Source: Candidatus Kerfeldbacteria bacterium
Lineage (GTDB): Bacteria; Patescibacteriota; Patescibacteriia; SBBC01
Assembly (NCBI GenBank): GCA_043799405.1
Contig: JAZDNT010000004.1
Span: 70,206-114,637 of the forward strand
Reading direction: 5' to 3'
DNA: 44,432 nucleotides
A model generated the notes under the pieces. That model worked only from the letters and a program-made list of their open reading frames with translations. It had not been told where the DNA came from and made no database searches. The position numbers and the translations under genes are program-made. Positions 34,143 to 43,285 of this stretch are shown piece after piece. The first letter of the stretch is position 1, and each line of letters begins with the position of its first letter.

Positions 34143-35991
34143 TCAGAGAAACGCCCGTGTAGTAGTACTTCAGTATTGCGTCGTACGTGAGGCCTTGTTG
34201 TACGATGGTATTCAGTGCGCCAACCGCGGACATGCCGACCATGTGGTTCCCTCCTTCGCCTGCGAGCCATACCGGATTGGTGCAGATGCCGTTCGGGTCA
34301 GGTACGGACAACAGGTAGGGGTACTTATCCGGCGGCCCGCCCCACCGTTCCTCGTAGCTTCTTGTCCTTCCATCGGTACATGACGAGTACGCCGCGACAA
34401 TGACACCGGTGATGTTCTTTTCGTCGATCATCGACGGGTGCGTAATGACGATGCCGCGCGTCTCGTTGGCCGCCTGCGTGATGTTCGGCGTTTGTATCTC
34501 GTAGTTGTAGCCGCGGTAGATTTGGTCGGTCGAACTGTTGATGTAGTAGTTCTCCGCGCGGTGCTTTGCCTGATAGAACGTATGGAAGAGGGCGTACGTG
34601 CGCGCCGAGGTGATGAGCGCCTTCGCGAACTCGATCGGGGATTTGCTACCGGTCTCCCCGAGCCCTTTGATATACTGCTCAACAGGCAGCTCGTTAATGA
34701 CCCAGAGCTTTGAGGTAGCTGACGCATAGTTCACCTCGATGACGCCGCGGAACTTATTGTCGTTGACTGTCGTTGCGATGCCGTCGATGGTTGTGTTCCT
34801 CTTGTTGTTGTAGCTCCTCACCTCCATGATGGTGTCAGCAGAGAGCGGTATGAACCGGACGGGTGCAGCCACGGTTTTTGATTCTGGTTGGAGCGCGACA
34901 GTGTAGAGCCCTGTGGTCGCGCTGTAGGTCGTGGTCGATTCGGTGGCAGCCGCCTGCGACACGATAAGTTCGTTCGTTGCCGCGTTTCGAATTTCATGCG
35001 GACCGTTCGCAGTAACGACGACAGGCCTTACTGGCGCATAGATACCAACGCGGACAATAGGTTCTGCATCGAGGGGCGGCTTCGGTTCATTGCTTACCGT
35101 GACCATAACGTTGACAGTGCTTCCTGCGATAGTGCCGTAGGGACCGTTCAGCGCGAACGTTTCGAGGTACGTACCAGGGATAGCCGCTGCGATAAAGTCA
35201 AGAATCGCCGTTGCCTTCTCATTCCGCATAGTCGGTTTTTCGATCGCACCCGGGACGAGCGATGTTTCTGTCTCAACGCTTGTAGCCGAGAGTATGGTCT
35301 CCGAAGTAACATGGGTGATCGTGGTCACGCCCCATCCTTCGTTTCTCCACGATGCACGTCCGTCATTCTTGTAGTAAACCGGTTGATAGATTCGTTCTCC
35401 CGGCCTTACCCAGTATGAGAGCGTCGGATTCATAGGTTTTGCGTGGTAGATGACATCAAGGTCTGGTTTTACGCCGACGACGACGATGAACTCGACCTTG
35501 CCACCGGGGATCCTCGTATCTTTATCGCGGACGAGCGCAAAGCTCTCCCGCCAGATTCCCGGATTTTTCTTCGGCGCCTTGAGAACGAATTTGAAGCGTC
35601 CGATCTCGCCTGGCTTCACCTTTTTTTGCTGCAGTCGTGCCGGCCGCCACGACGCTCGCCACTGCGGCACCTCGAACTTGCTCTTCCGTTTATTAAATGG
35701 ATTATCAGTGTTGAGCGAAACGGGATGCGGATCCTGGTTCGTCCATGTCGATGTCCCTGTGTTCTTGAAGTCGAACCATACTGTCACCGCCTTATTTGGG
35801 GGCAGCACGATGTAGCGCGCTGTCTGGTTCATAAGCAGGGCCTTATCGTCGAAGGTCGGCTTCTTTACTGCCTTCTGTGTTGCGGCAAGCGCATATCCCG
35901 AATTGACCGTAAACAGAAAGCAACCCAGCGCGCATAAGAGAACGAAGCGCGTCGCAGCGTTATATCGTGTAGGGTAACCGTTTGAATTCAT
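34126..35991 (-). CDS. SpoIID/LytB-domain protein with two N-terminal NBR1-like Ig modules
   Basis: Signal peptide; two V.F.N.G...W modules; INELPVEQYIKGLGE, ARTYA, DQIYRG, HMVGMS..GA, IL.YYY.G. Confidence 0.85.
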   Translation of the reverse strand: MNSNGYPTRYNAATRFVLLCALGCFLFTVNSGYALAATQKAVKKPTFDDKALLMNQTARYIVLPPNKAVTVWFDFKNTGTSTWTNQDPHPVSLNTDNPFNKRKSKFEVPQWRASWRPARLQQKKVKPGEIGRFKFVLKAPKKNPGIWRESFALVRDKDTRIPGGKVEFIVVVGVKPDLDVIYHAKPMNPTLSYWVRPGERIYQPVYYKNDGRASWRNEGWGVTTITHVTSETILSATSVETETSLVPGAIEKPTMRNEKATAILDFIAAAIPGTYLETFALNGPYGTIAGSTVNVMVTVSNEPKPPLDAEPIVRVGIYAPVRPVVVTANGPHEIRNAATNELIVSQAAATESTTTYSATTGLYTVALQPESKTVAAPVRFIPLSADTIMEVRSYNNKRNTTIDGIATTVNDNKFRGVIEVNYASATSKLWVINELPVEQYIKGLGETGSKSPIEFAKALITSARTYALFHTFYQAKHRAENYYINSSTDQIYRGYNYEIQTPNITQAANETRGIVITHPSMIDEKNITGVIVAAYSSCTDGRTRSYEERWGGPPDKYPYLLSVPDPNGICTNPVWLAGEGGNHMVGMSAVGALNTIVQQGLTYDAILKYYYTGVSLIKAYL

Positions 35992-36344
35992 GGGTAGGGT
36001 TATCTAAGGATGCTGGTGAATATAAAAAATTACCCGTGAACTACCGAACGCTATTCAAAACAAACATACCCACGAGTCTGAAGAATTGACGTACGAATTC
36101 CAAAAAATAATTTTGGTATTGTTTTATTCAAGCGCTGTACAGTATATCATAATTTTTCATGATCGTCAACGCTCGAATTGACCGGTTGTGCGTAATCATG
36201 TTACGCTCCGTGAGATCGCACTGATCACTTTTTGTGTTCGCCCCGAACCATTGCCAGCGATTCTTTGATGATAGGAGTGGGCGGATGGCGCACACAGTAA
36301 CGAGGAATTTTTCCATCCTCAGATAGGGATGGCACGGGGTTCGC

Positions 36345-37763
36345 ATGTCGCTCACACGCTCAGTCGCGCACAACATGTTCTATCAGATCATAGGAAGGGT
36401 CGTAAGCGCCCTGCTTACGCTTGTGATATTCGTGATGGTCGCGCGGTACCTCGGCGTCGAAGGGTACGGGTTCTACACGACGGCAACGGCCTTCCTTCAA
36501 TTTTTTGGCATCGTCGTCGATCTCGGACTGTACATCTACCTCGCAAAAGCACTGGGCGAACCAGGAACGGATGAAGCATCAATCGTCGGCAACGTGTTTA
36601 CGCTTCGCCTCGTGAGCGCTGTGATCATTCTCGGGTTCGCGCCGCTTGTGGTCCTCGCATTCCCCTACCCGGCTACGGTAAAGACCGCTGTCGCGGTCAT
36701 GAGCCTCTTCTCGCTCTTCGTCACGCTTTCGCAGGTCCTCACCGGCGTCTTTCAGAAAACGCTCCATACCGGAAAATTTATCATTGCGGAGGTCATCGGC
36801 CGCGTCGTTCAATTGATCGGTACTGTTATCGCAATTCGGCTCGGCGTCGGCCTCATCGGCATCATCTGGGTGATCGTGCTCTCTTCGGCCGTTTCGTTCA
36901 TCGCGACGTTCGTATGGGCGCGCGGCTACATACGGTTCCGTCTGCGCTTCGATCTAGCGCTCTGGAAACGCATACTCTCGGCAACGTGGCCCATCGCGCT
37001 CTCGATCATGTTCAACGTCGTGTACTTCAAGGTTGACACCATCATCCTTTCCCTCTACTATCCGGCGCGGGACGTCGGCATTTACGGTGCCCCCTATAAG
37101 ATATTCGAGGCGTTCATAAGCATTCCGGCCATTTTTGCCGGTTTGCTCACACCGATCCTCACAACGGCATACCTTACCGACAGAGCTCGGTTTGCTCGGA
37201 TTATGCAACGCGGGTTCGAAGTACTGCTGCTCATGGCGCTTCCTCTCGTCGTTGGAACGCAATTCGTTGCGCGGGACGTCTTGGGCCTTATTGCTCCTGG
37301 GTTCGTAGAGTCTGGTGCGGTATTTCGCGTGCTGGTGTTCGGAACGGCAGCGATATTCATTGGGTATCTCTTTACCAACGCAGTAGTCGTTGTTAACCGT
37401 CAGCGTACGATGGTCTGGGCGTATGCATCGGTTGCCGTGTCGTCTGTCATTCTCTATTTGTTAACGATCCCTCGATTTTCATACTTTGGTGCGGCGACCG
37501 TCACGGTCATTGTTGAGACCGCGATCGCAGCGATCGCTGCGTGGGTCGTTCTGTGGACGAGCAGCGTTCGGTTGAGCCTCGGGCCATCGGTCCGTATCGT
37601 GGTTGCCGCGATCGGAATGGCGTTGGTTATGACGGTTGCTCGTAACCTTCCGTGGTACGTCAACGGGACGATCGGCGTGTTTGTGTATGCAGCAATCGTT
37701 CTTGCGATGAACGTCATTGATCGGTCGATGATAAAGGAAATTGTAAGCAGGACGGAAGCATGA
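36345..37763 (+). CDS. Wzx-like oligosaccharide flippase
   Basis: About 14 TMs; ARYLG...YG, KVDTIILS....DVGIYG. Confidence 0.88.
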   Translation: MSLTRSVAHNMFYQIIGRVVSALLTLVIFVMVARYLGVEGYGFYTTATAFLQFFGIVVDLGLYIYLAKALGEPGTDEASIVGNVFTLRLVSAVIILGFAPLVVLAFPYPATVKTAVAVMSLFSLFVTLSQVLTGVFQKTLHTGKFIIAEVIGRVVQLIGTVIAIRLGVGLIGIIWVIVLSSAVSFIATFVWARGYIRFRLRFDLALWKRILSATWPIALSIMFNVVYFKVDTIILSLYYPARDVGIYGAPYKIFEAFISIPAIFAGLLTPILTTAYLTDRARFARIMQRGFEVLLLMALPLVVGTQFVARDVLGLIAPGFVESGAVFRVLVFGTAAIFIGYLFTNAVVVVNRQRTMVWAYASVAVSSVILYLLTIPRFSYFGAATVTVIVETAIAAIAAWVVLWTSSVRLSLGPSVRIVVAAIGMALVMTVARNLPWYVNGTIGVFVYAAIVLAMNVIDRSMIKEIVSRTEA

Positions 37764-38836
37764 TCCGTATCGGAGTTGATTCACAGATCGCGGAGGTTTC
37801 CCGGGCTGGCAGCGGGCAGTTCACCGCAAGGATTTTTGAGGAATTAATTCGTACCGATCGCGCCGCAACGTACATCCCGCTTAAGCCGAAAAATCGTACA
37901 CGCGATTTCAGTATGCCTGAGCGGCTGTGGTGGGATCAGGTGGCGCTCCCTCGTCTTGCGAAGCGCGAGAAGCTGAACGTTCTGTTCAAGCCGGCGTTTT
38001 CGTGTCCGGTCCGATCGAAAATCCCGACCGTTGTCGTGCTGCATGACCTTGTCGCGCGGCTTTTCCCGCGACAGCTCCATAAACCCTCGGCATGGTTCTA
38101 TGGGCGCTTCGCACCGTGGACGCTCCGGTTCGCTGCGCGCGTAATTGCCGCGTCCGAGCAAACAGCTAACGATGCGCGTACCCTGATCGGAATTCCACGC
38201 GACCATATTCATGTCGTCGTACAAGGCGTTGATGCCGAAGCCATACGTACAGCATCAGACCTCGATAAACGAGTTGTAGTAAAATTTCATCTTACAGATA
38301 AGTTCATACTTCACGTCGGAACGATCGAGCCGAGAAAAAACCTCGCGTTTCTTATACGTGTTTTTTCTAGATTCCATTCGATGTACCCTGATTACTCGCT
38401 CGTGCTTGCTGGTAGCGAAGGATGGCTGTCGGACGATGTTCACAGGGCAGCCGAGAAAAGCAATGCCACTCAGAGCATTCGTTTCTTGGGGAGCGTAACG
38501 AATGATGAGCTGTTCGCACTCTTCCGGCTTGCTCGCGTGCTGGCATTCCCAACTCTGTACGAAGGGTTCGGCAGGCCTCCGCTGGAGGCGATGGCAGCGG
38601 GAACGCCTGTTGTTGCAGCGCGCACAAGTTCCATACCAGAGGTGGTCGGTGATGCGGGTATCCTGATTTCGGGGTACGATGAGGAAGAGTGGGCGAACGC
38701 GCTCATTCGCGCAGCAGAGGATACGAGCGAACGCGAGTGCCTCCGGAACGCGGGTATAGAGCGAAGCAGTACGTTTACGTGGAGCCGCGCTGCGCGGGAG
38801 ATCTCCGAAATACTCCATGAGGTAGCACATGGATAA
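37760..38836 (+). CDS. Glycosyltransferase family 4
   Basis: HDL, VGTIEPRKN, EGFGRPPLEAMAAG (EX7E). Confidence 0.93.
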   Translation: MIRIGVDSQIAEVSRAGSGQFTARIFEELIRTDRAATYIPLKPKNRTRDFSMPERLWWDQVALPRLAKREKLNVLFKPAFSCPVRSKIPTVVVLHDLVARLFPRQLHKPSAWFYGRFAPWTLRFAARVIAASEQTANDARTLIGIPRDHIHVVVQGVDAEAIRTASDLDKRVVVKFHLTDKFILHVGTIEPRKNLAFLIRVFSRFHSMYPDYSLVLAGSEGWLSDDVHRAAEKSNATQSIRFLGSVTNDELFALFRLARVLAFPTLYEGFGRPPLEAMAAGTPVVAARTSSIPEVVGDAGILISGYDEEEWANALIRAAEDTSERECLRNAGIERSSTFTWSRAAREISEILHEVAHG

Positions 38837-40217
38837 CCAGGGAACCAAGGCCAAGAGGCGAACAGCATTACTTTCAACAACCGCACTATTAGCTGCAGTT
38901 GCTGCTGGTTTTGTCATCGGCGTAAACCCCCTGCTTGGGAGCATAATGCTGTGCGCCGTGGTCATTGGCATAGCCGTATTCACCCGTCCAGCAGTTGGCA
39001 TCGCACTCTGTATCCTCTCTCTTATCCTCGGTCAGCTCGTACGGATACCAGCGTTCGGCACGGAAGGCGCGATCCTTCCGAATGACATCATCCTTCCCGG
39101 ACTGTTCGCAGGGTGGCTGCTGAAAGGGCTGCTCGAACGAAGGGTTGGCTTCCCTTCGTCTCCGCTGTCATGGCCGATAGGAACGATGCTCGGTGTGTTC
39201 GTACTGACCTTCATAGCGGGTATTGCGCAGCTGCCGTTCGTGACGACCCACGAGCAGTTCGTCGCGGCGCTCTACATCATCCGATGGCTTGAGTATGCGC
39301 TGCTATTTTTTGTAGTGGCTGACACGGTCCGTACACAGAAAATTGGCGCACGGTTGCTCTGGACGCTTTTCGTTTCCGCGGTCGCTCTCGCAGTACTCGG
39401 CTTCGTACAGTTAAAGTTATTCCCAGACTTCGGCTTCATGGTACCGAAGGGGTGGGACCCGCACATCGGCAGGTTGCTCTCGACGTGGTTCGATCCGAAT
39501 TTCTTGGGCGGATTCTTTTCGTTCATAGCGGTTACCTCCGCCGGTATCGCGTTTTTTGTTGCAGGGCGCCAGCGAACCGCACTCTGGACAGTCGCAGCGC
39601 TCATGTTTATAGGATTAGTGCTTACATTCTCGAGGAGCGGGTACGCCGCGTTCATTGTCGGCGTCACGGTTCTGACGTTCATCAAGTCCCGTCGCTTCTT
39701 TCTTCTTCTCGTTGTCGTCGCGGCGCTGGTCGTCATGGGCGTTCCGCGGGTACAGGAACGGGTGCTCGGCGCCTTCCGGATCGACGAGACCGCGAAGACG
39801 CGGATCGTATCGTGGCAGAATGCGCTCAGTGTCGTGCGCGACTTTCCGGTAACGGGCATTGGATACAATACGTACCGGTACGTACAGGTCGACTACGGTT
39901 TTCAGAAGAACGCCTCTGAACACTCAGCCGGCGGATCGGATTCGAGCCTCCTCACCATTCTGGTGACGACGGGTCCCGCAGGCCTTGCCGTATACCTCTG
40001 GCTTCTGTGGGCGTACGTTTCAATCGCGTGGCAATCATACCATAAAGGTACAACCCCACTCATTCGGGGTCTCGGACTTGGCGCGCTATCTGCGATCGCG
40101 AGCGTTACTGCGCACAGCCTTTTCATTAATAGCCTGTTGTTCCCGCACATGATGGAGACGATCGCCGTTGTGTTCGGAGTGCTCGTGGGGTTACGCTACG
40201 TAGAGAGCGTTCCATGA
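38829..40217 (+). CDS. O-antigen ligase/Wzy-like membrane protein 1
   Basis: Multi-TM; R..STWFDPN, TFSRSG, R...W..A......P.TGIG. Confidence 0.82.
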   Translation: MDNQGTKAKRRTALLSTTALLAAVAAGFVIGVNPLLGSIMLCAVVIGIAVFTRPAVGIALCILSLILGQLVRIPAFGTEGAILPNDIILPGLFAGWLLKGLLERRVGFPSSPLSWPIGTMLGVFVLTFIAGIAQLPFVTTHEQFVAALYIIRWLEYALLFFVVADTVRTQKIGARLLWTLFVSAVALAVLGFVQLKLFPDFGFMVPKGWDPHIGRLLSTWFDPNFLGGFFSFIAVTSAGIAFFVAGRQRTALWTVAALMFIGLVLTFSRSGYAAFIVGVTVLTFIKSRRFFLLLVVVAALVVMGVPRVQERVLGAFRIDETAKTRIVSWQNALSVVRDFPVTGIGYNTYRYVQVDYGFQKNASEHSAGGSDSSLLTILVTTGPAGLAVYLWLLWAYVSIAWQSYHKGTTPLIRGLGLGALSAIASVTAHSLFINSLLFPHMMETIAVVFGVLVGLRYVESVP

Positions 40218-41497
40218 CAGTACAACTGGTCATTACCGTCGCCGCAGTATTCACTGCGCTATTGGCGTTCTGGCGGCCGCGACTTGCGCTTGCAGCGGTC
40301 ATCCTTGCGTTGCCGGCGTACCTAATAAAAACCTCAGTTGCAGGAATTCCAGTGACTGTACTTGAAGGCATGCTTATTGGAGCATGTATCGGTTGGTTCG
40401 TTCAGCGTTTGATTGCATACGGTTGTCATCAGCAGTCGTTCAAAGAAGATGTCGGCTGGGTGCGCTCGGCTCTTCCGCGGAACGTGTTGATGGCCGTCGC
40501 CGTCGGGATCGCAGGGTGGCTCATTGCAACGACTGTATCTATCGATATCAGGGCAAGTCTTGGCGCCCTAAAGGCATGGCTCATTGAACCGATGTTGTTC
40601 GGGCTCATGGTACTGATCGAGTCGCGCGACGATAAGACCGTGAATGTCGTACTGCGTTCGCTGATGGCGCTCATGTTCTGGGTTTCGCTCGCCGGGCTTA
40701 TTCAGGAAGCTTGGTTTCGCGGAACAATGCAGGATGCTCGGTTGAGCTCGGTATTTGCCCCGGTCGCGAACTACTATGCGATGCTCGCGGCGCCGCTGTT
40801 CGTTCTGGCGCTTGGATTGATCATTGCGAACCGAGAGCGTACAGTCGCAATCGTGAGCTCGGTCGTTTCGGCGGCAGCGCTTCTGCTGTCTTTCTCGTAC
40901 GGCGGTTTCTTTGCGGTTTGCGCTGGTGGCATCGTCTTGATCTGGACGCAATTATCACAGACCATCCGCCGCCGCGCTTTCTTTATCCTTGGTGGTATGG
41001 TTGTGGTCACGTTCATTGCGCTGTTGCCGTCGCGTCATTTTCAGGAGAAACTGAACTTTACAACGCGTTCATCGAGCCTTGTGCGAACGGAGATATGGCG
41101 GACCGCTGTCGAGATCGGCATCAAACACCCGATTGTTGGCATTGGTCCGAATACGTTCGAAAAGGAATATCGGATCGTTGCACCGACGCTCTACCATCCG
41201 CCGCTGGAATGGCTCGTCGCGAAACCGCATAACCTCTACCTGAACGCGTGGATCGAGACCGGAGCTTTAGGGCTTATTGGTCTCTTATGGGTTTCTGTTG
41301 CTGTGTTCGTGCGGCTGTTCCGCTCCCGCGGTACGCGATCGGCAATCTCGCCAGTCGTCGGCGCTTCATGCGTCGCCATCCTCGTGCACGGCTTTGTCGA
41401 TACGACTCTTTTCAAGAACGATCTTACTGTCCTCGCTGTGGTGCTTGTTGTGATAGGATTGGCGATGAGCTTTCGGGACGTAAAAAGTAACGCATAA
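40214..41497 (+). CDS. O-antigen ligase/Wzy-like membrane protein 2
   Basis: Multi-TM; SFSYGG, R..IW..A....HPIVGIG, PHNLYL....ETG. Confidence 0.85.
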   Translation: MTVQLVITVAAVFTALLAFWRPRLALAAVILALPAYLIKTSVAGIPVTVLEGMLIGACIGWFVQRLIAYGCHQQSFKEDVGWVRSALPRNVLMAVAVGIAGWLIATTVSIDIRASLGALKAWLIEPMLFGLMVLIESRDDKTVNVVLRSLMALMFWVSLAGLIQEAWFRGTMQDARLSSVFAPVANYYAMLAAPLFVLALGLIIANRERTVAIVSSVVSAAALLLSFSYGGFFAVCAGGIVLIWTQLSQTIRRRAFFILGGMVVVTFIALLPSRHFQEKLNFTTRSSSLVRTEIWRTAVEIGIKHPIVGIGPNTFEKEYRIVAPTLYHPPLEWLVAKPHNLYLNAWIETGALGLIGLLWVSVAVFVRLFRSRGTRSAISPVVGASCVAILVHGFVDTTLFKNDLTVLAVVLVVIGLAMSFRDVKSNA

Positions 41498-41502
41498 AAA
41501 CT

Positions 41503-41537
41503 AACCCCACGACATGCCGTAAGGGCTAGTTCTTTTT
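41503..41537. terminator. Terminator-like hairpin between convergent genes
   Basis: AACTAACCC...GGGCTAGTT followed by CTTTTTG. Confidence 0.45.
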
Positions 41538-41553
41538 GTCTTGCTCGCGAGCC

Positions 41554-41637
41554 CTACTTGCGTCGCTTCGCGTGCTTTTTTGACTTCTTTACTTTCTTTG
41601 TTTTCTTGACCTTCTTCACCTTTCTCTTCTTTGCCAT
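41554..41637 (-). CDS. 27-aa Lys-rich peptide MAKKRKVKKVKKTKKVKKSKKHAKRRK
   Basis: Strong SD GGAAGGAGGTGA 6 nt before ATG; clean TAG; below the ORF-track cutoff. Confidence 0.8.
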   Translation of the reverse strand: MAKKRKVKKVKKTKKVKKSKKHAKRRK

Positions 41638-41701
41638 GTACCCTCACCTCCTTCCGGAGCCGGTGCGCTGACGCGCCACCGAGAGTGAAAAAAATTCTAC
41701 G

Positions 41702-41769
41702 TTATCCACAGTTACTAGTTCATCAATAATTGTAACACCATATGTATATAAATTATACGGTGTGGATAA
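41702..41769. promoter_or_regulatory. Two perfect, inverted DnaA boxes flanking an extended -10
   Basis: TTATCCACA 41702-10 and TGTGGATAA 41761-69; TGT-TACAAT on - at 41737-41729. Confidence 0.65.
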
Positions 41770-41829
41770 CAAAAAGAGAAATATTTTTTTGTGGAGGATG
41801 TTTGAAAAAATTCGAACCGATTTTGCGTA

Positions 41830-41851
41830 CGGCTAGCCCGGATCGTTATCT
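41830..41851 (-). mobile_element. Truncated attC-like half site
   Basis: On -: AGATAAC-gatc-CGGGCTAGCCG, the same 11-mer arm as the attC at 44042-44381; no partner arm found. Confidence 0.55.
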
Positions 41852-41874
41852 GGGCACTGTCCGAGAAATATTTC

Positions 41875-41931
41875 GACTAACGTTCACGAGTATACGATCG
41901 TGCGGAGCATATCGTATACTCGTTGTTAGCT
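41875..41931 (-). mobile_element. attC-like recombination site
   Basis: On -: AGCTAAC-a-ACGAGTATACGAT-(12 nt)-ATCGTATACTCGT-gaac-GTTAGTC. Confidence 0.8.
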
Positions 41932-42001
41932 GATGTGTTCCTTTTCTTTTGTCCCGCCAAGGCGGGACGCGGGTAAAAATCTTTCAAATTTCTTTTAGCC
42001 T

Positions 42002-43285
42002 TTATTTCAGTAAATCATCAAGCTCACAAGAGAGTAATGCCGACTTGTTGAGGACTATTTGCTCTTTTGGATTTAATTTATCTGCCGTCATGCGAATGAG
42101 TTTAGTTGTAATCGTATCACCCAGCATGACCCGGCTGGTTTTTTTAAAATATCTTTCTGTTTTCTGATAAAAAAGTGTGGCATACCGTCTCAACTTATCT
42201 TCTGAAGGTGGATGACTTGTCGCCCCATTGCTAGTAAATTCGATCATATCTTTTATTTTCTCACTTTCCTTGATTGGTATATTACCTTCGTTAAAATCAA
42301 TCCAGTAATCGCTCATCGAATACATTACACGGACCAATCCGCCATCTTCAGTTTTAAATGTATAAAGGAAAAAGAAATTATCGGGCATTAAATCGTGATG
42401 CACTCTGACGTGCGCTAATTCCGTCACGGTGCGGATTTTATAATCATCAAGCAATCGTAGATAGCTTTCCCGCCAGTTTCGAAGCCAGTTCTCGACGTAC
42501 GTGCGGTTCGTAAAAAGCGGCATAAGGTCCTGCTTGAGATTTTCGTCGCTTACTTTATTCATCTGCAACGTGAGCTTGTCAAAAATCGCACGCGGATTGT
42601 TGGTATCAATACCCTTGGCAATAAGATAATCGATATCAGGAACCACTTTTTTATTCATGTACCAAAGAAGGTCGTAGATATCGCGTCCTTTTTCCTCGTA
42701 CACCGCTTCGCCCACACCGCGGGTGCCACGCAAAAAGATGGCAGCTATCTTGCTTGCCATCAAAGCAGACATGTTGTAGGTCAAAATAACGAAAGAAAGC
42801 TGATCGCGGTTCATCGGCCGACGCTCAGTAACCGTTTTTGGAGCGACGAAATGATTAAGATCTATTTTTACATGGACCTGATTGGACGCGTGACCAAAGC
42901 CTAATGCTTCGCCAACAAGGAACTTTAAAAGGAGCCCTCTGCCGGTCGTTATTTTGATTGTCAGGAAATTAGGATCAGTGCCATACGTATCTTTAAAGTG
43001 ATCCTCTAGCTCTTTTTTCAGATCTGCTAAAAACGTTCCTGTTACAGCATGTGATACCTCAAAATCTAAATCCACTGACATGCGGTCAAGTCCGTGAATG
43101 ATCCGAAGCGCCGAACCGCCATACATCACCCATTTGCTGTATTCCGGATGATGATAAGTGAAGTTGAGAATGTAATACTGCAAAGCCTCTTTCAGCTTGT
43201 TTCTACGAGTTTCGGCATCAAGATCGCCATAAGCTGAGAGTTCATCAAGCTCTCTTTTAAGTATTGTTAGAATTTGTTCACTCAT
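42002..43285 (-). CDS. AbiEii-family nucleotidyltransferase toxin (type IV TA) with C-terminal extension
   Basis: YGGSALR, RMSVDLDF, SKI, RDIYDL; 8-nt overlap with the upstream antitoxin. Confidence 0.88.
   Translation of the reverse strand: MSEQILTILKRELDELSAYGDLDAETRRNKLKEALQYYILNFTYHHPEYSKWVMYGGSALRIIHGLDRMSVDLDFEVSHAVTGTFLADLKKELEDHFKDTYGTDPNFLTIKITTGRGLLLKFLVGEALGFGHASNQVHVKIDLNHFVAPKTVTERRPMNRDQLSFVILTYNMSALMASKIAAIFLRGTRGVGEAVYEEKGRDIYDLLWYMNKKVVPDIDYLIAKGIDTNNPRAIFDKLTLQMNKVSDENLKQDLMPLFTNRTYVENWLRNWRESYLRLLDDYKIRTVTELAHVRVHHDLMPDNFFFLYTFKTEDGGLVRVMYSMSDYWIDFNEGNIPIKESEKIKDMIEFTSNGATSHPPSEDKLRRYATLFYQKTERYFKKTSRVMLGDTITTKLIRMTADKLNPKEQIVLNKSALLSCELDDLLK

Noticed and set aside
36128-36376. 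82-aa ORF on - between the SpoIID-like gene and the flippase
   Set aside because: No recognisable features, overlaps the flippase start, and the region must hold two divergent promoters.
5617-39868. Long alternative ORFs in the track (e.g. 5617-6195, 12603-13415, 14821-15423, 15925-16503, 22466-23248, 29728-30522, 31007-31729, 38255-39001, 39272-39868)
   Set aside because: Antisense or off-frame shadows of well-supported genes in GC-rich DNA; no motifs or initiation signals.
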